Shown: positions 49,644 to 60,125, numbered from the stretch's first letter. The stretch: 64,000 bases of DNA from Candidatus Latescibacterota bacterium (GCA_963662665.2 CAXXJS010000010.1:192001-256000); one strand, 5' to 3'. Notes: generated by a model from the letters alone, not told the origin. Numbers and translations: made by a program.

Positions 49644-50923
49644 GGCCGGTCCGTCCATTGGTTTCGATGCTGACAATATGCGCCTGGACGGCAGTGCTCA
49701 ACGCGCAGGAGGTTGCGCTGGACGGGTTTTCCGGAATCGGCGCGCGCGCGATGGGGATGGGGGGCGCGTACGTTACGGTATCGGATGATTTCTCCGGTCT
49801 ATTCTGGAACCCGGCGGGATTGGCACGGGCCCGGCGAGGGTCGATCTCGTGGGGGATGTCGCACGACCGTTATCGGAACGAGTCGCATTTCTTCAGTCAG
49901 TCTTCGGCATTCGAGTTGAACAGCACGCGCTTTGCGTCGGCCGGTGTCGTATACCCGGTTACGGTTTATCGTGGCAGCCTGGTTTTTGCGGGTGGGTTCG
50001 GGCGCATCCGGCACTTCGACGGTGGATTGCGGATCGACGCGTACGATGAAATCGCCGAGTTCGAAAAGTCGGGCGTTTCGGAAGACAGGGGCACATTCGG
50101 CGCGTGGACGCTGGGCGTTGCAGTTGACCTGGCGCCGCGCCTGTCCGCAGGGGTTTCGCTCTACAAATGGCGTGGAACCAACCGGTTCATGCAGGAACTG
50201 ACGCTCGAAGACGTGCGGCAGGCCCACGTGGATACGGTACGTATTTATCAGCGTTTCGAATCCGACGAGAGTTTTTCGGCGTTGGGCTTGCGGGGCGGCA
50301 TCAGTTTTTGGCATCCGTCCAATTTCCGGCTTGGCTTTACGGTTTCCGCGGCCACCCCCATTCGGGTATCGGCTGAACTGGCCGATGAATTTGAAGATAC
50401 GTTCGACGATCGGACGGATATCTATCCCCGCGATGCTTACGCTGACAAATACGAGATACGGCAGCCGCTTTCGTTGGGCTTCGGTCTGGGATGGTCCTTG
50501 GCGGGCTTGACGTTTAGCGGCGACGTGCACTATGGGGATTTACAGGAAGTGACCTACAGCGTCGTGGCACGCAACATCACGCCGCATGTCGACGATTTTC
50601 GCCGCCAATACCGAAATGCAGTGCGGATCCATCTCGGTGGCGAATACGCCATTCCCGGCCGGGGTGTGGCCATGAGGGCCGGATACTATCGCGACCCTGT
50701 TCGATACGTAGGAGGCGGCCCCGTACCCGAGGTGCGAATCGAGACCGACCGCGATGCGTGGACGCTCGGTATCGGCACTGAGCTGGATCGGTATTTTGCG
50801 CTGGATCTGGCCGCCGTGATTGGCGGGTACACCCAGACGGAAGGCAACCGCCAGGACAGGGTGCGTACCCTACGCGCGCTGGTTTCCATGCGGGTGAATT
50901 TCGACGTGGACCCGTACCGGTAG
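49640..50923 (+). CDS. OmpP1/FadL-like outer membrane beta-barrel
   Basis: GARAMGMGGA...D..LFWNPAGL N-terminal motif; amphipathic strands. Confidence 0.85.
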   Translation: MRPVRPLVSMLTICAWTAVLNAQEVALDGFSGIGARAMGMGGAYVTVSDDFSGLFWNPAGLARARRGSISWGMSHDRYRNESHFFSQSSAFELNSTRFASAGVVYPVTVYRGSLVFAGGFGRIRHFDGGLRIDAYDEIAEFEKSGVSEDRGTFGAWTLGVAVDLAPRLSAGVSLYKWRGTNRFMQELTLEDVRQAHVDTVRIYQRFESDESFSALGLRGGISFWHPSNFRLGFTVSAATPIRVSAELADEFEDTFDDRTDIYPRDAYADKYEIRQPLSLGFGLGWSLAGLTFSGDVHYGDLQEVTYSVVARNITPHVDDFRRQYRNAVRIHLGGEYAIPGRGVAMRAGYYRDPVRYVGGGPVPEVRIETDRDAWTLGIGTELDRYFALDLAAVIGGYTQTEGNRQDRVRTLRALVSMRVNFDVDPYR

Positions 50924-50962
50924 AACGGACTCCCGACACATCCCGGTGAAGTACATTAAGAA

Positions 50963-50995
50963 CCGCCGGTTGCTGGCAACCGGCGGATCCTTTTT
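50963..50995 (+). terminator. Intrinsic terminator
   Basis: CCGCCGGTTG-CTGG-CAACCGGCGG followed by a T tract, between convergent genes. Confidence 0.65.
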
Positions 50996-51026
50996 CCTGA
51001 TGGCCGCCACAGACCTGCAATCGGGA

Positions 51027-52322
51027 TTACCCGGCGGCGGCGCGTATATTCGAGCGCGTTCCAGGGATGTCGAAACAGGCGTACTGGTTCGCCCGCATGA
51101 TGCGGGTCGCGACGTCGATCGCCTGTTTTTCGGTCATATATCCTTCCGCGATCTCCGCGTCTAGCGCCCGGCGGATTTCATTCCGCGCCTGAATGGAATA
51201 CGCCAGCGCGCCGGTAGGCCACCCGGTGTCGCCCCCGAACGCGAAGAGTTTGTTGGCGGGGACCGCATGCAGGAAGCGGCGCAGAAAGTCCCTCGAGCTG
51301 AACGGGTCGATGCTCCACGCCCAGCATAGGTCCACCCATATGTTCCGATAATGCTTGGCAAGCGCGACCAGTTCGTCGCTATACGGATAGGCGATGTGCA
51401 TCAGGACGAAACGGGCGTCTGGATATCGCGCGAATAGCGCACACATATTCCCGGCGGCGATCCGGCTCACCGGCATGCGGTCGTTCCCCGCGTAGTATCC
51501 CGTGTGGATCTTGAACGGCAGGTTGTGTTCAATCGAGAGTTCCACGCCGCGCGCCCAGCACCAGTCCCCGAGACAGAGTCGCGTCTGCACAGGGACGTCC
51601 TTCTCCGGGTTTGTCAATATTGTTTCGAGCGCGGCGGCGGCCTCCGAACGGTTCCGTTCCGTCCAGTTCAGGGTGCGGCTGTAGGCGTGCTGCGCCTTCA
51701 CCGCAATGGCGCATCCGGCATATTTGGAAAAGAGCGCTTCCATCGCCTGCCCGAGCGCGTCAATCCCGTTAACCTCTATATCTGTCTCCTCGTTTATCTG
51801 TTCCGGGTTGACCTGGCCGTTGCAGAACCCCGCCCAGGACAGGTCGTAAAGGAAAAAATCGAGGCCCGAATCATCGGGCAGACACGCCCACTGGAAATCG
51901 TCCGTCTGAACGTGGTCCAGGTTGGCCACGTCGCAAAGCAGGCGACGTCGTTCACCGGGTTGCCGCAGTGCGTACGTCTTTTCCTGGGCGTCCGCAACGG
52001 CGTCCGCGGTCAGGACGTCGATGCCGTACACATGCCTGGCGATCAACCGAACCGCTTCACCATATCCGGTAAATTGCGTCGCTTCCCAGGCTTCGCGGAT
52101 TCCCTCGAATCGGCCGGAAATGTCCGCGTCCGATCCGTCCATCAGCCGCTTCATGGCGGCAGGTGAGGCGCCGGCCGTGTGAAGGTCGGCCGGTACGTAG
52201 TTTCCAAACAGATCCTGCAGAATATCGGGGCCATCGTTCAGCCAATCCGGTTCCTTGCGCAAATGCTCGTGCGTATCGACCAGGGCGGTCTCCTGAATAT
52301 GATGTTTCAGATCTTCGTACAT
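51027..52322 (-). CDS. Amidohydrolase family protein
   Basis: VDTHEH, IHTG, FVLMH..YP, FGGD. Confidence 0.85.
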   Translation of the reverse strand: MYEDLKHHIQETALVDTHEHLRKEPDWLNDGPDILQDLFGNYVPADLHTAGASPAAMKRLMDGSDADISGRFEGIREAWEATQFTGYGEAVRLIARHVYGIDVLTADAVADAQEKTYALRQPGERRRLLCDVANLDHVQTDDFQWACLPDDSGLDFFLYDLSWAGFCNGQVNPEQINEETDIEVNGIDALGQAMEALFSKYAGCAIAVKAQHAYSRTLNWTERNRSEAAAALETILTNPEKDVPVQTRLCLGDWCWARGVELSIEHNLPFKIHTGYYAGNDRMPVSRIAAGNMCALFARYPDARFVLMHIAYPYSDELVALAKHYRNIWVDLCWAWSIDPFSSRDFLRRFLHAVPANKLFAFGGDTGWPTGALAYSIQARNEIRRALDAEIAEGYMTEKQAIDVATRIMRANQYACFDIPGTRSNIRAAAG

Positions 52323-52365
52323 TCGATCGTCCTCCGGGCCGATTCCGACTGCGGTCTACCGGCTG

Positions 52366-52974
52366 TCAGGTCCCGGTCCAGACCGGGAAGAGGTTGTGCT
52401 CGATTTCCAGCAGATTCAGGATCCGTCCGGCGATAAAATCCGCCAGGTCATCAAAGGTTTCAGGTTTCTGGTAGAACGCGGGCATCGCCGGCAGGATGGC
52501 GGCCCCCGCTTCGGCCGCGGCGGTCATGTTCCGTAGGTGGACCAGGTTCATCGGCGTTTCCCTGGGTACGAGTATTAGGGGCCGGCGTTCCTTGAGCGTG
52601 ACGTCAGCCGCCCTCTCGATCAGGTTTCCGGACGCGCCATGTGCGATATTCGAAAGGTATTTCATCGAGCACGGCACGACGACCATACCGCGCAGGCCCA
52701 CGGACCCGCTCGCGACCGGAGCGGCCATATTGCCAATCTGGTGAACGACCACGTGCCCGTTCGCAATTTCCGCGCCGTACCGATCGGAGAGAAATTCCGG
52801 GAATTCGGATTGTTTTCCCTCGAAACCGCCCTCGTCGCGCAGAAGCATCCAGCCGAATCCGGAGATGATGAGATGGACCTCGAACCCGTTCATCAGCAGC
52901 GCGCGTAGGGTGCGCAGGGCATAGATCGCCCCGCTGGCGCCGGTAATCGCAACCGCAATCCCACTTACCGCCAC
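52366..52974 (-). CDS. ubiX: Flavin prenyltransferase
   Basis: ITGASG, ASGS, PCSM, RAADVTLKERR, PRETP, PAMPAFY. Confidence 0.95.
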   Translation of the reverse strand: MAVSGIAVAITGASGAIYALRTLRALLMNGFEVHLIISGFGWMLLRDEGGFEGKQSEFPEFLSDRYGAEIANGHVVVHQIGNMAAPVASGSVGLRGMVVVPCSMKYLSNIAHGASGNLIERAADVTLKERRPLILVPRETPMNLVHLRNMTAAAEAGAAILPAMPAFYQKPETFDDLADFIAGRILNLLEIEHNLFPVWTGT

Positions 52975-53825
52975 AGCACGTCTCCCAACGTAAATGCGAA
53001 AAAGACGGCGCTGATCGCGGCATTCACGTTCATGAATGCCACGCCCAGTCTTGAAAGGTCATCCGGCTTCACCAGCGAGTGCTCGTACAACATCAGCCCC
53101 GCCACCGCAACCAATCCTGCCGCGTAGATGACGCCCATTTCGAAACGCACACCCACCGCGCACATCAGAAGAAAGGAAACCGCGTGCAAAAACCGCGCGA
53201 TGGCCAGCCCACGGCGCACGCCGAAGCGTTGTGGAATCGAATGGATTCCGTAACCGCGGTCAAACGCCACGTCCTGGCAGGCGTAGATGATATCGAACCC
53301 GGAAACCCACGCCAATACGGCGCCGGCCAGAAGCAGGATCGCCGGATCCGGACTTCCGGTAATTGCAATCCAGGCGCCGATGGGCGCAATCGACAGCGCG
53401 AGTCCGAGAAATATCTGCGTGGTCCACGTAAACCTTTTGGTGTACGAGTAGAAGAATACAACTCCCAGGGCTACCGGCGACAGCGCTAAACACAGGGGGT
53501 TCAGGCGCCAGGCCGCCAGTATAAGCGCCGCAGACGAAACCGCAATCAGCGCGCGCACGGCGCCCGGCGAGATCCGTCCGCGCGGCAACTCGCGCGCAGC
53601 GGTCCTGGGATTCGCCGCGTCCATGTCGCGGTCCACGAGCCGGTTGAACCCCATTGCGGCGCTTCTGGCGCCGACCATCGCCACAGCGATCCAGAATACC
53701 TGGTCCAGGCTTACGTCCACTTCCAGCGCCGCCAGCGCCGCGCCGCTGAACGCAAACGGAAGGGCGAACACGCTGTGCGAAAACTTGATCATTCGCCCGT
53801 AGGTTACAATCCGTTCAACCAGCAT
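52965..53825 (-). CDS. UbiA family prenyltransferase (MqnP-like)
   Basis: IKFSHSVFALPFA, NRLVDRDMDAANPRT, YSYTKRFT, FDIIYACQD. Confidence 0.92.
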   Translation of the reverse strand: MLVERIVTYGRMIKFSHSVFALPFAFSGAALAALEVDVSLDQVFWIAVAMVGARSAAMGFNRLVDRDMDAANPRTAARELPRGRISPGAVRALIAVSSAALILAAWRLNPLCLALSPVALGVVFFYSYTKRFTWTTQIFLGLALSIAPIGAWIAITGSPDPAILLLAGAVLAWVSGFDIIYACQDVAFDRGYGIHSIPQRFGVRRGLAIARFLHAVSFLLMCAVGVRFEMGVIYAAGLVAVAGLMLYEHSLVKPDDLSRLGVAFMNVNAAISAVFFAFTLGDVLWR

Positions 53826-53896
53826 GACGTGTCGGCCTTAAGCGATACATGGGAAGATCGACTAAGCGTGTACCAGCGCGAAAATCCGTCGGCTTC

Positions 53897-54979
53897 CTAG
53901 CCGGTTCCAAGCGCGGCATCCACGATTTCAGCGATTCGCGTCATGTCGTCGCCGGTAAACTCCACGCCGGCCGCGTTCACGTTGTCTTCCAGATGCCGCA
54001 TTTCGGTGACGCCGGCGATTACGGACGGCACCTGCTCGTTGGCCAGAAGCCAGGCGATGGCGAGTTGGGCCAGGGAAATTCCCTTTGCTTCGGCAACCGC
54101 GAGCAGCCCTTCAACGGCCTCCAGGTAGGGTTCGGTCAAAAACTCGGCTTCGTCACCGTCGTCAATGATCCGTCCGCTGGCTTCCTCCAGTTTCCCCTTG
54201 CGATACCGACCCGTGAGCAGCCCGCTCGCGAGCGGATAAAAGGGAATTACCCCCACGTCCGCCCTGGCCGCCGCATTCAGGAAATCTGCCGCCCTGCCAC
54301 CCTCCTCGCACGCCACTGCATCCTGTTGCACGAGATTGTATCGGTTCTGCACGGCCACAATCCGCCGGGACACGTCCTTGCCAACCTTTTCCAGCGACGC
54401 AACCACGTTGGCCATCTGCGTCGCCGAATGATTGGATACCGCCAGGTACCGCACCTTTCCCTGAGAGACCAGATCGTCGAAAGCGCCCCAGGTTTCCTCA
54501 ATCGGGACCCGGTAGTTTCCGTCGTCATCGGTACCGCTCTGGTGCAGATAGAGCAGATCGACATAATCCGTCTGCAACCGCTCCAGGCACTTGTCCACGC
54601 CAAAGTGGATATACGTCCGCGAGGCGCCTAGTTGATTCGGCGTAAAATCGGCCTCCATGGCGTGCTCTGCACGAACAGGGTTGTGAATCTTGGTCGCCAT
54701 AACCACCTGCTCTCTGACCGACTGCGGCCGAGCGGCGAAGTAACGCCCCAGCAGACGTTCTGAATTACCGGATCCAAGGTTGTAGGAACATGCCGTGTCC
54801 CAGTGAAAGACCCCCAGTTCCAGCGCACGGTCCAGGACCTCAAACCCCTCGTGGTCTCCTATGCGGGAGCCGTCGTACACGGGGTCGCCCCATTTCCACA
54901 TGCCCAGCCCGACAACGGATACGAACAGACCGGAGTTCCCCACGCGCCTGCACGGCATGCCTCTGAATTCCTCTGCCAT
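53897..54979 (-). CDS. Aldo/keto reductase
   Basis: GLG, DTACSY..G.SE, LERLQTDYVDLLYLH, VSNH, PLASGLLTG. Confidence 0.93.
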   Translation of the reverse strand: MAEEFRGMPCRRVGNSGLFVSVVGLGMWKWGDPVYDGSRIGDHEGFEVLDRALELGVFHWDTACSYNLGSGNSERLLGRYFAARPQSVREQVVMATKIHNPVRAEHAMEADFTPNQLGASRTYIHFGVDKCLERLQTDYVDLLYLHQSGTDDDGNYRVPIEETWGAFDDLVSQGKVRYLAVSNHSATQMANVVASLEKVGKDVSRRIVAVQNRYNLVQQDAVACEEGGRAADFLNAAARADVGVIPFYPLASGLLTGRYRKGKLEEASGRIIDDGDEAEFLTEPYLEAVEGLLAVAEAKGISLAQLAIAWLLANEQVPSVIAGVTEMRHLEDNVNAAGVEFTGDDMTRIAEIVDAALGTG

Positions 54980-55126
54980 CTTTCCAAACCTCCATTGGTT
55001 GAAATTCTCACCAAACACACATCGAGCGCTATTTTAAACCTATATCGGCCGGATCACGGACCCTGTAATCGGGCGCCCTATCGTCGGTACGCCGGCCGAC
55101 CCGCCCCGGGCCGGACGGCGACGAAG

Positions 55127-55324
55127 TAAACCTTGATACGTAATTCTTCGGGGAAGTAATACCGAATATATGTAAGTGGATAAAGGCGATTTAACTTCTG
55201 ATTACCAGGATACACCAGGTCACTGGACGTGAACTGAAAGAATGTCCTTTTTGCCGACCGTTACGCCCCGTTTCAGGGGTTTTCGTCGCGTCGCCGAGTT
55301 GCTGTTTTTTTCGGATTGGGGTTA
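55127..55324 (+). mobile_element. MITE family A, copy 3 (intron-free)
   Basis: Near-identical to 29635-29831; ends AACCTTGATACGTAA / TTCGGATTGGGGTTA. Confidence 0.85.
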
Positions 55325-55339
55325 ATCCCGGTTTCTGAA

Positions 55340-58156
55340 TCAGACGGACCGGATGCGTGGATGCTGATTATGCCATTCCGTTGCTTGTTCGTACGCCAGA
55401 CCGGCGGCCAGAACCGTCGCTTCGTCGTAGAGGTTGCCAATCAGCGTCAGTCCCCGGGGCATCCCGTCCATGAAACCGCACTTTAGCGTCAGGGCCGGAT
55501 GTCCGGTGAGATTGGAAATGGCCAGACTCGCCCCGGCATTGCCGGGCGCCAGCAGCACGTCCCAATTCGCCATCAGTTCCTCCATGTCGCGAATCATGAG
55601 GGAACGCACCTGCTGCGCGCGCAGATATTCTACGGCGGGCACCATCCGAAAGCTGCGTAAAACCGTCGGCCAGGAACTGCTGTCCGCATCGGTCATGGCA
55701 TCCAGTTCGCCCGCCCGCGTCGCACTGTCGAACGCAGCCGCCGCTTCCACGCAAAGCATCATCGAGACCGCGCCGTGAGGAGTTTCGGGAAGCGTGACCG
55801 GCTCTGCCTTCAGTCCGAGATCCGCGAACCTCCTGAACGAGGCTTCGTATACCGCCCGTTCCCCAACATCCTGGATGGCATCGAATTCCGGCTGAACGAA
55901 GCCGATTCGCAATGCGGATACATCCGGGGCTGCGGGCCAGTTAAACGGCACGTCCACCACGGACCGGTCTCTCCCGTCCGGTCCGTGGATGGCGCTGAAC
56001 ACGGCCGCGCAATCTTCAACGCCACGGCACATCGGACCCAGTTTGTCCATGGTCCAGGCAAGCGCCATCGCGCCGTATCGGCTCACGCGGCCGTAGGTGG
56101 GCCGCAGCCCCGTTACCCCGCAGGTGTGGCTCGGCGAGACGATGGACCCCAGAGTCTCCGAGCCGATGCTGAAGCCGACAAGACCGGCGGCGGTTGCGGC
56201 GCCCGGCCCGGCCGAAGACCCGCTCGAGCCTGTTTCGATATTCCAGGGGTTCCGGGTCATTCCGCCAAACCAGTGCGGTCCGTTTGCGAGCGCTCCGGTT
56301 GAGAGCTTGGCCGCCAGCACAGCGCCCGCGTCCCGAAGCCGTTCCACAACGGCGGCGTCGGTCTCGCCGGTTTGATCCTTGAACGGGGTGGCGCCCCACG
56401 TGGTCCGGATTCCCTTTGTGGCCAGCAGGTCCTTGGCGCCCCATGGGATTCCGTGCACCGGCCCCCGGTAACGCCCGGCCATGATCTCCGCCTCTGCGGC
56501 CTTCGCCTGCGCAAGGGCCAATTCTTCCGTGAGCGTAACAACGCATTTCAACTTGCCGCCGATAGCATCCAAACGGTCCAGGTAGAGCCGGGTGAGTTCC
56601 ACGGGAGACACCTCGCGGGTTTCCACCAGGCGGGCAAGCGTGCTCACCGGCTGAAAGGCCAGGCCGTCTTCGGATTCCGGTCGCTCGACCCTGGAGGCGG
56701 CAAACCGGAACGCGCTCTGTTCTCCGGACGGCGGCGGCTTCACGCCGGGCAGAAATATCGACGCCGGACTCGCGTCGTATCCCACGTCGACCTTACGAAG
56801 TTCCCGGTAACGGAGCCGATATTGCTCCACGTCCCGCCGCATTTTCCCGCGATGTTCCCCGGTAAAGCGGATCCCGCTCAGCTGCTCCGAGCCCGCGATC
56901 ATGGCATCTACGACAGCCGCCTCGGCCTCCGCGATTCCGGTCAGCGATACGTGTCGAATTTCCGTATCGAGATCCGGGCTGCATCCCTCGCCGATGTGTC
57001 CATGCGTGTAGACCAGGTCGGGTACGTCCACACTGTTGTGTCCGGTCTGCCGTTCGAGGGCGGGCAGCCAGTTGGATACGTCCGGCTCGTTGGACGATAT
57101 GCGGTAGCCGTTGAAGGTCTCCCCGCCGTCGCGGGATGTAAACAGCGCGATCTCGTTGCTGGAATCCGCCCAGCCGCCGCCTCGCCGGCAGACCGGGACC
57201 GCCGCGTAGATCACCCCGTCGTCCGCGATGCTGAGTGCACAGACGTCCGACATTTCACATTCGCCGAACAGGCGTTCGGCCTGAGGCATCAACGATACCA
57301 CATGCCAATCGTTCTTCCCTCTGGAATAGAAAAACGTCTCCGCCACACCGCCTTCGCGTCGGTTCAGCGTAAAGCAGAGCGATCCTTTGCCGCCGGTCAC
57401 GACGTTGCCCATCCGTACGTCCAGCCCTTCGTCGAACTCGATGACGCAGGGCGAGGTCGGAGTTGCGGGGAGGTCCAGCGTGCGTCCGTCAACGTTCTCC
57501 CAGTTCCCGCCCCGGTCGCGGGAACGCATCACGCCGAACCCTCTACCCCGCGTGTCGCCGTGATCCGCTCCGGTTGCCCGCACGATATGATAGGCCAGGT
57601 ACAGCGTTCCGCGCCTGTCGATGTGAAGCGCGTTTTCGAATTGGGTATACGCGGGCGGTCCCTCGGGGTCCACGAGCTTGACCGGGTCCGTCCATTCGCC
57701 GCCCCTGGTTCTTTTCTGATACACCAGCGACCAGGGCCGTTCCGCCGCGTACGACCCGCGGTAACAGGCGTGCAACGTATCGTTTTCGTCACAGACCAGG
57801 CTCGGATAGGTTGCTGTCGCGCCTCCGAACGAGGGTTGTTCCACCCACGACGTCGAGGTATTGGGGCGTCTGCTCACCACGTGCCGGATCGGGTTGTGAT
57901 GCGGGCCGAATGCCAGATGCAGGTATCCCTTTGAATCCATCGCAAAGGCCGCGCCGGCGTGGTTGTCGTCTCCGGTCCCCACGTAGACCGGCCTGCCCCA
58001 GCGCCTGGTCGCGTGATGGTAGGTCCGTACGTAGATCTTGCAGATCTGGTCCAGCCAGGCCACGTGAGTCTTGCCGGCGTGGGTCAGAATCTTGTTGCTC
58101 ATCGTGTACGCGGTTCCCCGCGTTGAACCCGTTATGGAAAGTACCTTGTGTTTCAT
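55340..58156 (-). CDS. BNR-4-like beta-propeller / amidase-signature fusion protein
   Basis: N-terminal DNH..DSKGYLHL..HH, TYP, SRDRG..W; C-terminal GAKDL, GSSGSSAG, GSETLGSIVSPS. Confidence 0.85.
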   Translation of the reverse strand: MKHKVLSITGSTRGTAYTMSNKILTHAGKTHVAWLDQICKIYVRTYHHATRRWGRPVYVGTGDDNHAGAAFAMDSKGYLHLAFGPHHNPIRHVVSRRPNTSTSWVEQPSFGGATATYPSLVCDENDTLHACYRGSYAAERPWSLVYQKRTRGGEWTDPVKLVDPEGPPAYTQFENALHIDRRGTLYLAYHIVRATGADHGDTRGRGFGVMRSRDRGGNWENVDGRTLDLPATPTSPCVIEFDEGLDVRMGNVVTGGKGSLCFTLNRREGGVAETFFYSRGKNDWHVVSLMPQAERLFGECEMSDVCALSIADDGVIYAAVPVCRRGGGWADSSNEIALFTSRDGGETFNGYRISSNEPDVSNWLPALERQTGHNSVDVPDLVYTHGHIGEGCSPDLDTEIRHVSLTGIAEAEAAVVDAMIAGSEQLSGIRFTGEHRGKMRRDVEQYRLRYRELRKVDVGYDASPASIFLPGVKPPPSGEQSAFRFAASRVERPESEDGLAFQPVSTLARLVETREVSPVELTRLYLDRLDAIGGKLKCVVTLTEELALAQAKAAEAEIMAGRYRGPVHGIPWGAKDLLATKGIRTTWGATPFKDQTGETDAAVVERLRDAGAVLAAKLSTGALANGPHWFGGMTRNPWNIETGSSGSSAGPGAATAAGLVGFSIGSETLGSIVSPSHTCGVTGLRPTYGRVSRYGAMALAWTMDKLGPMCRGVEDCAAVFSAIHGPDGRDRSVVDVPFNWPAAPDVSALRIGFVQPEFDAIQDVGERAVYEASFRRFADLGLKAEPVTLPETPHGAVSMMLCVEAAAAFDSATRAGELDAMTDADSSSWPTVLRSFRMVPAVEYLRAQQVRSLMIRDMEELMANWDVLLAPGNAGASLAISNLTGHPALTLKCGFMDGMPRGLTLIGNLYDEATVLAAGLAYEQATEWHNQHPRIRSV

Positions 58157-58196
58157 CGTTGATTACCGTCTTGCGGTGACGCGGCAATAACGTGGT

Positions 58197-58898
58197 TCAC
58201 GCATCCGCCTCGATTCTTGCCACCCATCCCGACGTCGCGTCGCAATAGAGGAATCCATCTCCGTTGCGGGAAAGTCCGTGCGGTTCGGGGTACCGGTCCG
58301 GAACCCGGATTCGATCCAACTCGTTTCCGGACTGCACGTCAAGTTTCACGATCGTCCGGTCCGAGGTGTGGACAACCCACACGCCGTCTTCGACTCGTAC
58401 TACGCCGTGCGCCCTTCCGTATGGAAGGGGAATCACCCGCAGAACGGACCAGTCCGAAATACGTACCTGGGTCAACGTCTGGCTCTTCAACGTGGTCAGC
58501 CACAAGGTCCCGGATTCAAAGGAATCGTATTCCAGCCCGTGGGTTCCACCGCCGCCGGGCAGCGGCCACCGCCCACGGGTTTCCCCGGTCCCTGGATCCA
58601 CCCGTAGGATCTCGCCGGAATCAGCGTCGGTGTCTCGGGGCGTTCGCCACTTCTCCGCCGACCCGTTTGCCGCCAGCCAGAGCGATCCGCCGCCCCACGC
58701 CAGCCCGCTCGTGTTCGACGAAACGGTGGGCACTTCGGATCTCAGGCGTAACATCCCGTACTCGTCCGCATCCGAGACCTCCAACAACGCGACGCGGTCC
58801 GTCACCTGGTCGACCACCCGGATACCGTCGTGGGTTGCCTGTACGCCGTTCGGCATCGCATAGGGTGCCCTGAACCAACGTTCGATTTTCACGGTCAT
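58197..58898 (-). CDS. Hypothetical beta-propeller protein
   Basis: Repeated PNG/SGLAW/HGLEY/HGV/PHGL blade motifs. Confidence 0.7.
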   Translation of the reverse strand: MTVKIERWFRAPYAMPNGVQATHDGIRVVDQVTDRVALLEVSDADEYGMLRLRSEVPTVSSNTSGLAWGGGSLWLAANGSAEKWRTPRDTDADSGEILRVDPGTGETRGRWPLPGGGGTHGLEYDSFESGTLWLTTLKSQTLTQVRISDWSVLRVIPLPYGRAHGVVRVEDGVWVVHTSDRTIVKLDVQSGNELDRIRVPDRYPEPHGLSRNGDGFLYCDATSGWVARIEADA

Positions 58899-58976
58899 CG
58901 GCGATAACTTTCGATAGTGCGCCGGAGCGCAGTCCCGTCGGGAGGATCGATAGTTGCAGCGGGCGGCGACGGTCCT

Positions 58977-60074
58977 TCAGGCGACCTGCCGGCCCGCGGT
59001 TTCGAACAGCCGGTATTCCTGCCACGCGTGCTCGCAGCATGGTCCTCTGGCAAACCACGCCCACCCGTGCGACGGTTGAAGCACGATGCCGCAAATCGTC
59101 TGCCCGCATCCGTTTACGCTATGCCTGCAAATCGAAACCGGGGTGTTCACGTGGTCCCTCAACGCCGACTTGATCGTCTCCGCATCAGGGTCCGCGGATC
59201 TTCTCAAGAGCCGCGTCGCCCGGCCCCAGCGGGCAAGACTCTGTCCGCGCTGATCGTCAGCCCGCCGCTCCAGCGGTTTCAGACGGTCGGCCAGATAGTG
59301 GTTCGAGTGCGCCATCGGTCCGTCGAACGGGCTGGTGGCTTCGTAGTCCGCGGCCGTGGTTTCCAGGTTGTAGATTTCCCCGTGACGGTCGCACAGAACA
59401 TAATTCATGCCGGATGCCCGGCGAGAGGCGACCGCGGCGTCGATGGCGTCTCCGATCTGAGTCGTGGCGAGAATCCGCCGGATCACGAATGGGTAGGGAA
59501 CGCCGGGTCCGGCGTCACCGGGGACGAGGTTATTGATGACCACGCCGATGCCTTCGCTGTTCATGCCCGCGCAGCCCAGCATTCCCGCCGTCGTGTACAT
59601 GAGCGCGTCCGGTCCCGCACCGGTGATTTTCAGCAGTACCGCCGCAGGCTGGAAGATCTCCACCAGGTCGTAATTCTGGCCGATTGCAGCCCTCGCGCCG
59701 CCTTCCATGTCGGGGACCATAAACGTCGTACAGCCCGCCCCGATAAAGTTCGGAGAGAGATAGTCGAAGATGTCCAGGAAGCCGTTGAGCGCTATGATCT
59801 CCTCAATCGGCACACCGGCGCCTGTTGCGATTCCTCTTGCCTCTTCCATCAGGTCCGCGGCGTATGCTGCTGCGGGCTCTGCGTAGGTCCCCGAGATTTC
59901 AAGGACCCGTGTCTTGCTCAAAACCGGCACCCGGTGGTCGCGGCTGAGCCGTTCCAGGTGGTCAAAATAGACCGGAAGCAGCGCACGAATCTCCTCACGA
60001 AAGACCTCGCCGTGCGCCTGCCCGCGACTAAAGGGCGATCCCGAAACCTCAAGGAGCGGAAATCCGTCGTTCAT
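58977..60074 (-). CDS. C45 family autoproteolytic acyltransferase/peptidase (Ntn hydrolase)
   Basis: RGQAHG, GCT cleavage site, GQNYD, GMNSEG, HSNHY. Confidence 0.88.
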   Translation of the reverse strand: MNDGFPLLEVSGSPFSRGQAHGEVFREEIRALLPVYFDHLERLSRDHRVPVLSKTRVLEISGTYAEPAAAYAADLMEEARGIATGAGVPIEEIIALNGFLDIFDYLSPNFIGAGCTTFMVPDMEGGARAAIGQNYDLVEIFQPAAVLLKITGAGPDALMYTTAGMLGCAGMNSEGIGVVINNLVPGDAGPGVPYPFVIRRILATTQIGDAIDAAVASRRASGMNYVLCDRHGEIYNLETTAADYEATSPFDGPMAHSNHYLADRLKPLERRADDQRGQSLARWGRATRLLRRSADPDAETIKSALRDHVNTPVSICRHSVNGCGQTICGIVLQPSHGWAWFARGPCCEHAWQEYRLFETAGRQVA

Positions 60075-60125
60075 GGGGCAATCTCCTTCAACGTGAGTAC
60101 GGCGGCAAGCGCATCCGGAATTGGT

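Noticed and set aside
29635-55324. Dispersed repeats considered as a CRISPR array
   Set aside because: They are ~197-bp scattered elements with TIRs; there is no repeat-spacer periodicity and no cas gene in the window.
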